Translations under genes and position numbers: made by a program
In this document: one piece after another, positions 55,561 through 64,000 of the stretch
How positions within the stretch are numbered: the first letter of the stretch is position 1
How the letters are laid out: each line of letters opens with the position of its first letter
The notes under the pieces: model-generated
Databases searched by the model: none
What the model was told of the DNA's origin: nothing
What the model saw: the letters and a program-made list of their open reading frames with translations, nothing else
Origin: Spongospora subterranea f. sp. subterranea
Lineage: Eukaryota
Direction of reading: 5' to 3'
DNA length: 64,000 nt
NCBI GenBank assembly: GCA_049724395.1
Contig: JAUGWO010000122.1
Location: 62,001 to 126,000 of the forward strand

Positions 55561-56217
55561 CAAGACACTATAGTTGTCAATCAAATTAATAAGCAAAATG
55601 CATCCGAAGACGACGCAATCGAGAAAGAAATCCCAGGTCGCGGAAATGAAACCGACCAAGAAGAAGTTCAAGATATAGATGCTCAGATACCAATTCCACC
55701 TGCCCCACACAGGTCGTCGAGAGTAAGACACCCACCGTTTTTTTTTTTGGAAATGTTTGAACGCTGTACATAAAGACACTACCGTCTTGATACAAGGGTC
55801 TTTTCCTAAGCCTGATATATCAAATATGTTATACACCGACATCAAGATACCATATTATACACCGACATCAAGATACCATATTATACACCGACATCAAGAT
55901 ACCATATTATACACCGACATCAAGATACCGTCATCAGTTCAAGAAGCAGTCTCGAGTATTTTTGCAGGATATTGGCGTGATGCCATCGTGGCCGAGTACC
56001 AGAATATGGTTGACTTCAAGACATTCGAATTTGTACCCCGCTCCCCTAACATCAAGCCAATCAAGTGTAAATGGGTATTCACAGTAAAGCCTGGGAAGGA
56101 TAATTCAGAATTGGTTGAAAAGTTCAAGGCCCGGCTGGTAGCGAAAGGATTTCGCAGCGTTCCGGCGTCGATTACAATGAAACTTTTGCTCCTGTGGCTC
56201 ATCAGGAATTCTTGAGA
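55560..56217 (+). mobile_element. Ty1/copia integrase-RT linker and N-terminal RT fragment
   Basis: HRSSRVRHPP; IPSSVQEAV...WRDAIVAEY...KCKWVFTVK...KFKARLVAKGF / GVDYNETFAPVA (frameshifted). Confidence 0.9.
55829..55929. repeat. 26-bp tandem repeat, ~4 copies, inside the copia fragment
   Basis: TTATACACCGACATCAAGATACCATA at 55829, 55855, 55881 and 55907. Confidence 0.95.
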
Positions 56218-56219
56218 AC

Positions 56220-56990
56220 ATGTCGTTTTGGAAGGATTAGTCCCCATTGACTCTGTTGGGTATGTCGTTTTGGAAGGATTAGTCCCCATTGACTCTGTTG
56301 CTCGCTCTATCAGCACTACGTTTTGGAAGGATTCGCCCATTAGACTCTGTTGGGTATGCGTTCCCCATTGGAAGGATTTAATTGACTCTGTTGGGTATGT
56401 CGTTTTGGAAGGATTAGTCCCCATTGACTCCGTTTTGGAAGGATTAGTCCCCATTGACTCTGTTGGGTATGTCGTTTTGGGTCGTTTTGGAAGGATTAGT
56501 CCCCAGACTCTGTTGGGTATCGTTTTGGAAGGATTAGTCCCCATTGACTCTGTTGGGTATGTCGTTTTGGAAGGATTAGTCCCCATTGATATGTCGTTTT
56601 GGAAGGATTAGTCCCCATTGACTCTGTTGGGTATGTCGTTTTGGAAGGATTAGTCCCCATTGACTCTGTTGGGTATGTCGTTTTGGAAGGATTAGTCCCC
56701 ATTGACTCTGTTGGGTATGTCGTTTTGGAAGGATTAGTCCCCATTGACTCTGTTGGGTATGTCGTTTTGGAAGGATTAGTCCCCATTGACTCTGTTGGGT
56801 ATGTCGTTTTGGAAGGATTAGTCCCCATTGACTCTGTTGGGTATGTCGTTTTGGAAGGATTAGTCCCCATTGACTCTGTTGGGTATGTCGTTTTGGAAGG
56901 ATTAGTCCCCATTGACTCTGTTGGGTATTGTTGTTTTGGAAGGATTAGTCCATTGACTCATTGTCCCCATTGACTCTGTTGGGTATGTTG
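56220..56990. repeat. 42-bp minisatellite, ~18 units, some truncated or degenerate
   Basis: Unit TGTCGTTTTGGAAGGATTAGTCCCCATTGACTCTGTTGGGTA. Confidence 0.97.
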
Positions 56991-57870
56991 AAATAGCTTC
57001 GTTGGTAATTCAAATTGCCTCATTAGTCTTATTAATTTGCAGCAGCGTCGAATGTCGGTGGCGGGTTCTGTTATGCCAATCAAAATTGTTGATTTGTTGC
57101 AAGCCGGATTCCAAGAGATTGTCCCAAGGTATTTCGTTGTTGTCGCAGTATTGATTTTGTGATTTGCATCAATCACTACTTTATCTGAGTCTGCGTGTCT
57201 TTCAAACAGGAGAAACGTCTTCATCCATTGTAATTTGATTTTGTTGGCCTTGCACCATTTATACCGTTCGCTGCTGCTTTCTCCTAGCTTTTCTGCGACC
57301 TCTTTCTTAGAAGTGCCACGTTCCCATTGTGTAGCGTCGTCAACATATACGTTGCTATTGTTCAAAATTAAAAGTGCATTATAGATATACAATTATCACA
57401 GTAGAACACTAATACTGGACCCTTGTGGTATTCCACTATTCTGCTCATACTGCGATGATTGCACATTTCGAAAATGCACCTCGTAAATTCGATTCGTTAA
57501 TCAGTTATCAATCTAACAGTGTTAGTTATGGCTCTATTCCGATTCGATTCAACTTTGTATCAAAGTGATCGATGTCCGGTCAAAAGCTTTAATGTAATCG
57601 TTAGGATCACAGCAAATCGATTTTTTGATGCGGCAGCAAGAGCAGAGTTATGTAATAGTCTAAACAACGCATGGGGGGTGCTGTGAGCGGGTCTGCAGCC
57701 CGCCTGATCTTCGAAATGTGCTTTTCTGATTGCTGGCGTAGTCTATGTTCAATGATACTCTCAACTAATTTTGCCAAAGAAGTCAGTAGGGATATCGGGC
57801 GGTAATCACCAGGTTTTGATTTCAGTAACGGGATAATTTTCGCCATTTTCATCTATGTGGGAAGGACCCT
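56990..57870 (-). mobile_element. Degenerate non-LTR (LINE) reverse-transcriptase fragment
   Basis: AKIIPLLK.KPGDYRPISLL.SLAKLVE, KAFDR, GIPQGSSIS, YVDD, KYLG, with frameshifts. Confidence 0.88.
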
Positions 57871-58210
57871 TTCAAAAACGCTAGTCTGATGCTGTCCCAA
57901 CCTCTTGTCTTGACGAGGAGACAACCTTGATATTTAAAAAATCAGCTGGTTTTGAGTTGAAGCGACATGACCCGGCTTCCGTAAGGGAATTTCCCATGTG
58001 TCTCCATATTGGGTTTGAGGTTTTATTGAGTCGGGTGATACCAGCCACACATTACCATTCAGTCGGTGTTGACTGCTGAGCAATTATAGCGAAGGTTCTT
58101 ATCGCAAACACATGAGTTTGTGCCCACATGACGAGCGATTATTGTTGTGTATAAATAATACAATTTGACCGCGATTCGGTGAATTTTTATACCAAGTAAA
58201 TAAATACTGT

Positions 58211-58497
58211 ATACCATGGTATAATAACACGGTATACTTGATATACAGTAGTTGTAATCATGGAGACATTTCTCCAAAAAAATGGCGCAACATTTTAGAA
58301 ACTTTGTACTGAACAGCACAGGGCTACTAATACGAGGACATTTTTGGTTGGATATAAACCGGACCACCGCCCTGTGTTTTTCAATACGAAGTTTTCAAAT
58401 TTTACGCCATTATTTGTAGAAATGTCTCCATTATTATACAACTATTCAAATATACCATGTATAGTTGAATTTGTCAGTGGTATTATACCATGGTATA
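58211..58497. repeat. Diverged inverted repeat / fold-back element, arms ~58211-58324 and 58369-58497
   Basis: ATACCATGGTATAATA and ATGGAGACATTTCT...CACAGGGC are mirrored on the opposite strand. Confidence 0.85.
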
Positions 58498-59744
58498 TTA
58501 CCGCGTGGTATTATACCCTAACTATACATAGACAACAATACGAGCGATTGTCGGATGGCCCTAGCGTAGATATGGGTACTACAGACCTAACACGAAGGTG
58601 TTGAACGCATACACAAAATAAAAACAGTTATGCCTTGGCATCATGCCCGATGATTCTGTGCACTGCATGGAATACCAGTCTGATGGCGAACAATGATGTC
58701 TTCACCTACGCCCCGATAGTAGAATCAATTCAGCAAGGGCTCTGGAGAAGTAGTTCTCCACCGCTGGTGCCGATCGGATGCATCGAAAAGCTATTTCCCT
58801 GGCAGGCAGCAAAGTGCAGCGCACGGAATACAGCTTGGTGTCAAGATGTAACATGAAAAAAATGTCGGGAATCTGGATAGCGCCATCACCGGGTTGGTCA
58901 CTACGTGGCAGATACTTCGATCAAGGGGAGAGGCATTACCAAAGATGATTAGTGTCGGGCATTCATCCCACGAACGGAATCGCAGCAGCCTGCCAATACT
59001 GGTATTTCTATATCTCGTCCAGATTTGCCCCTACTTTTTGGCATCTTGGATGAGATCGCATTAGGACACTCAAAAGGTTGAATTGATCTATCACCGTTCA
59101 ACTGGCTAAACCCTTAACATTCTTTTCCGCTTCAGTTTTCTTTCTTTGATGGAGGAGTTGATGATCTTTCCCCGATGAGTTTCGACATGATTACATGTGA
59201 GGATACGAAAATCTAATCACAAAACCATCACTGACGTATTCTTCTGTTTAATGTCCGCTACCAGTTCCATTCAAATTTGTCTGTTTGTACTTAAGGACCC
59301 CGATTTTTTGGCGACAGAATGTTTCTTGGTCAGATTGTCGACCAGTTCCCCAAATACCAGCTGTCGTTGCACTTCCAATTGCTCCATGGATTGTGGAAAC
59401 GAAAGGGCGATTTCTAACAGATTGACTCTACCAAAGAAAGGGTTCAAGCAGCATAGAATGGAGTTTAGTAGAACAAATAAAACAGATATTGACATAAGTG
59501 ATCCACAAATGGAACATGTAATTTTGGATAGCCAGCAGGAGTGTCATCACGGGGCGGTACAATTATACTGGTACGGTCGATAACATATAAAGGAATCTTT
59601 TTCGTTTGAGAGAGGGCGGGAACGACCCGTCGACACAATTGTCAGAAACAACGCCTCGTTTCCCGCTATACATCGCTTTCTGCCGGGAGAATTATTTTAG
59701 CTGATCCAAGAAAAAACATACAAATGCCGGGCTAAAATTGAGTA

Positions 59745-59950
59745 TGCTACCTGGTCATCGCTATCGTCGGATAATGGCGTGGACGGATTGCCTTGAACGA
59801 TTTCGCCCATACCCTTTCCCCAGACGTGATTCAATATGTGATGGAGATCAGCAGGTGGGTGTTTTACCTGATCATCGCTACTGTCGGGTAATGGCGTTGT
59901 TGAACCGTCGTCCTCGTCCTGTCATGAGACGTGTTCAATATGCCATTAAT
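59745..59950. repeat. Degenerate ~117-bp direct duplication
   Basis: TACCTGRTCATCGCTA..GTCGG.TAATGGCGT at ~59748 and ~59865; TTCAATATG at ~59830 and ~59934. Confidence 0.6.
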
Positions 59951-60964
59951 CATGTACACTGTCGTTGACAGCGGATGATCGTCGTACCGGTCCAAACAGC
60001 CTGAGCATCATGGCGGCTATTTCCTCTTGGGGTGGTAATCTTCTGACAACATCAGGCACATCTATGACGTCTGGGTCCGGTTTGAATGAAAAGGTGGTAT
60101 CAACATCAGGCTCACCCTATCACAAACGTCATGGAAACCATATAAACGTCAATCGATGACCTGGTAGTTGATACCCATACCCGCCGATGTAGCCCGAATA
60201 TGTTATCCCCCATTCGATCCTGTTCTGATGAATCGAGTTGACTGACTTCCTAAAAAAGGTTTGAGATGATGATGGTTGGAAATGTCTCAGATCAATGACG
60301 CGATATAATATCTCTTACCCAATCAGACGATATTGAGAACCTGAACGGCTCTTCTTCAAACTATGAATCACAGTTTTAGAAAATCGTCAGGATGCAACCG
60401 ATGCAGTGATAGTAACCTGACACCAAAGTGGTTTTGAGTCACAAACAGTTTCGTCGTCACCACTGTGCGACAGTTCTGCTAGGCTCCATTCGTGGAAACT
60501 GAGAGCCAATTCGGATGTGTTGTCCTGGTAAAGAACAATCAAATATCTGCGGTGAACCACATCGATACTGCAATAATGGGAATACCTGGCAGCTGTTTCC
60601 AGCCATTGAGTTCCACAACGGTTCGTCAATGATCAGCTCTGAACTGCTCCCATCGTCAGACGATCTGCAACCCATCAAATATCTCAGAATCATTAGACAA
60701 TGAGCGACATCATTTACATTGAGGAAAGACCAAGATGAATGATAACAATCGCAATCACTGTTTTACACCCGATCATTGGTCAAAGAAAAAGTGGGCGAAT
60801 TAGTCCGTGGGACGTGGGTGTCCCAAAAACCAAGTGAAAGCTGCGTAGGAATGGGTCATCAAGAAACTGCGCATGTAAGGGGTGGAAGAGGGTGGGAGTC
60901 GACAGCTGAAAAAATTAACCGACCACGCACCACCCACCTACGCAGCTTGTGTACAGTACCCCCG

Positions 60965-63658
60965 ATGTCCCCATCCAAAACAGCATGTCCCCATCCAAGT
61001 AACACGCCATGTCCCCATCCAAGTAACACGCCATGTCCCCATCCAAGTAACACGCCATGTCCCCATCCAAGTAACACGCCATGTCCCCATCCAAGTAACA
61101 CGCCATGTCCCCATCCAAGTAACACGCCATGTCCCCATCCAAGTAACACGCCATGTCCCCATCCAAGTAACACGCCATGTCCCCATCCAAGTAACACGCC
61201 ATGTCCCCATCCAAGTAACACGCCATGTCCCCATCCAAGTAACACGCCATGTCCCCATCCAAGAAACATGCCATGTCCCCATCCAAGAAACATGCCATGT
61301 ACCCATCCAAGAAACATGCCATGTCCCCATCCAAGTAACACGCCATGTCCCCATCCAAGTAACACGCCATGTCCCCATCCAAGTAACACGCCATGTCCCC
61401 ATCCAAGTAACACGCCATGTCCCCATCCAAGTAACACGCCATGTCCCCATCCAAGTAACACGCCATGTCCCCATCCAAGTAACACGCCATGTCCCCATCC
61501 AAGTAACACGCCATGTCCCCATCCAAGTAACACGCCATGTCCCCATCCAAGTAACACGCCATGTCCCCATAACACGCCATGTCCCCATCCAAGAAACATG
61601 TCCCCATCCAAGAAACATGCCCCCATCCAAGAAACATGCCATGTCCCCATCCAAGAAACATGCCATGTCCCCATCCAAGTGCCATGTCCCCATCCACGCC
61701 ATGTCCCCATCCAAGTAACACGCCATGTCCCCATCCAAGTAACACGCCATGTCCCCATCCAAGTAACACGCCATGTCCCCATCCAAGTAACATGCCATGT
61801 CCCCATCCAAGTAACACGCCATGTCCCCATCCAAGTAACATGCCATGTCCCCATCCAAGAAACACGCCATGTCCCCATCCAAGTAACACGCCATGTCCCC
61901 ATCCAAGAAACATGCCATGTCCCCATCCAAGAAACATGCCATGTCCCCATCCAAGTAACATGCCATGTCCCCATCCAAGAAACATGCCATGTCCCCATCC
62001 AAGAAACATGCCCCCATCCAAGAAACATGCCATGTCCCCATCCAAGAAACATGCCATGTACCCATCCAAGAAACATGCCATGTCCCCATCCAAGAAACCA
62101 TGCCATGTCCCCATCCAAGAAACATGCCATGTCCCCATCCAAGAAACATGCCATGTCCCCATCCAAGAAACATGCCATGTCCCCATCCAAGAAACATGCC
62201 ATGTCCCCATCCAAGAAACATGCCATGTCCCCATCCAAGAAACATGCCATGTCCCCATCCAAGAAACATGCCATGTCCCCATCCAAGAAACATGCCATGT
62301 CCCCATCCAAGAAACATGCCATGTCCCCATCCAAGAAACATGCCATGTCCCCACATGCCATGTCCCCATCCAAGAAACATGCCATGTCCCCATCCAAGAA
62401 ACATGCCATGTGTCCAAGAAACATGCCATGTCCAAGAAACATGCCATGTCCCCATCCAAGAAACATGCCATGTCCCCATCCAAGAAACATGCCATGTCCC
62501 CATCCAAGAAACATGCCATGTCCCCATCCAAGAAACATGCCATGTCCCCATCCAAGAAACATGCCATGTCCCCATCCAAGAAACATGCCATGTCCCCATC
62601 CAAGAAACATGCCATGTCCCCATCCAAGAAACATGCCATGTCCCCATCCAAGAAACATGCCATGTCCCCATCCAAGAAACACATGCCATGTCCCCATCCA
62701 AGAAACATGCCATGTCCCCATCCAAGAAACATGCCATGTCCCCATCCAAGAATCCAAGAAACATGCCATGTCCCCATCCAAGAAACATGCCATGTCCCCA
62801 TCCAAGAAACATGCCATGTCCCCATCCAAGAAACATGCCATGTCCCCATCCAAGAAACATGCCATGTCCCCATCCAAGAAACATGCCATGTCCCCATCCA
62901 AGAAACATGCCATGTCCCCATCCAAGAAACATGCCATGTCCCCATCCAAGAAACATGCCATGTCCCCATCCAAGAAACATGCCATGTCCCCATCCAAGAA
63001 ACATGCCATGTCCCCATCCAAGAAACATGCCATGTCCCCATCCAAGAAACCCATGCCATGTCCCCATCCAAGAAACATGCCATGTCCCCATCCAAGAAAC
63101 ATGCCATGTCCCCATCCAAGAAACATGCCATGTACCCATCCAAGAAACATGCCATGTCCCCATCCAAGAAACATGCCATGTCCCCATCCAAGAAACATGC
63201 CATGTCCCCATCCAAGAAACATGCCATGTCCCCATCCAAGAAACATGCCATGTCCCCATCCAAGAAACATGCCATGTCCCCATCCAAGAAACATGCCATG
63301 TCCCCATCCAAGAAACATGCCATGTCCCCATCCAAGAAACATGCCATGTGCCATGTCCCCATCCAAGAAACATGCCATGTCCCCATCCAAGAAACATGCC
63401 ATGTCCCCATCCAAGAAACATGCCATGTCCCCATCCAAGAAACATGCCATGTCCCCATCCATCCAAGAAACATGCCATGTCCCCATCCAAGAAACATGCC
63501 ATGTCCCCATCCAAGAAACATGCCATGTACCCATCCAAGAAACATGCCCATGTACCCATCCAAGAAACATGCCATGTACCCATCCAAGAAACATGCCATG
63601 TCCAAGAAACATGCCATGTCCCCATCCAAGAAACATGCCATGTACCCATCCAAGAAAC
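60965..63658. repeat. 24-bp satellite array, ~2.7 kb (roughly 110 units), two main variants
   Basis: Units CATGTCCCCATCCAAGTAACACGC (left part) and CATGTCCCCATCCAAGAAACATGC (right part); the long ORFs here come from the repeat. Confidence 0.98.
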
Positions 63659-63876
63659 ACACATCATATACCAAGGGCTTGGCGCACGACATTCGAACTT
63701 ATACCAAGGGCTTGGCGCACGACAAACATGCCGTCCGACAGCGTTTGAATAAAGCAGAATAAATAGAGCAGGATGTATTCCGTTCAAATTCTCGATCTGT
63801 TATTTCTTCTTATATTGAGACGCTGTCGCACCAAGTTCGAACGTCGTGCGCCAAGCCCTTGGTATATGATGTGTTT
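63655..63876. repeat. ~45-bp inverted repeat (63655-63700 / 63833-63876) with an internal 24-bp direct duplication
   Basis: ACACATCATATACCAAGGGCTTGGCGCACGACATTCGAACTT is mirrored at 63833-63876. Confidence 0.9.
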
Positions 63877-64000
63877 ATTGTGCTGGGTGATATTGTGGCA
63901 CACTTCTGCTAACGGTGCCATGAATCAGCGACTCGATCATCACGCGGCATGGATTGATATTTTAACCAGGTGTCCATTCTTTCTTTCCGAGAGATCGGGG

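Noticed and set aside
56220..56990. CRISPR-like array
   Set aside because: Units are head-to-tail without unique spacers; eukaryotic context with no cas genes
59100..60700. Protein-like minus-strand fragments (possible decayed gene)
   Set aside because: Multiple stops and no identifiable family
60776..63787. Six long ORFs, five of them 595-990 aa
   Set aside because: They arise on both strands from a stop-poor 24-bp satellite and switch frame at indels

Overview
Compact, intron-rich eukaryotic DNA with many ~45-60 nt GT-AG introns and very short intergenic spacers. A phytomyxid/plasmodiophorid-like protist is plausible, but that is only an inference. From 1 to ~50.4 kb the window is gene-dense: NAA10, an EME1-like nuclease subunit with an N-terminal RanBP2 zinc finger, two p24/TMED proteins, a Piezo channel head-to-head with a BK/Slo-like channel, a secreted two-domain protein, CTF18, SPATA20, glyoxalase II, mitochondrial AspRS, RFC3, a C2H2 factor, a Kazal inhibitor, a mitochondrial ABCB10/MDL1-like transporter and a STE20 kinase. 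From ~50.5 kb to the end it is a transposon graveyard (Penelope-like, copia, LINE and Myb/SANT relics, a decayed GST) with 26-, 42- and 24-bp tandem arrays. The most striking unexplained pattern is that non-genic islands (2.1, 20-23, 40.5-41.5, 54-55.6, 58.3 and 63.7 kb) are packed with fold-back (inverted-repeat) structures. Several are built from two diverged copies of internal coding fragments of unrelated transposons, and some older ones are rich in G-U pairs on one strand, which suggests hairpin-RNA (silencing-memory) loci. Exon boundaries were read by eye and are approximate.
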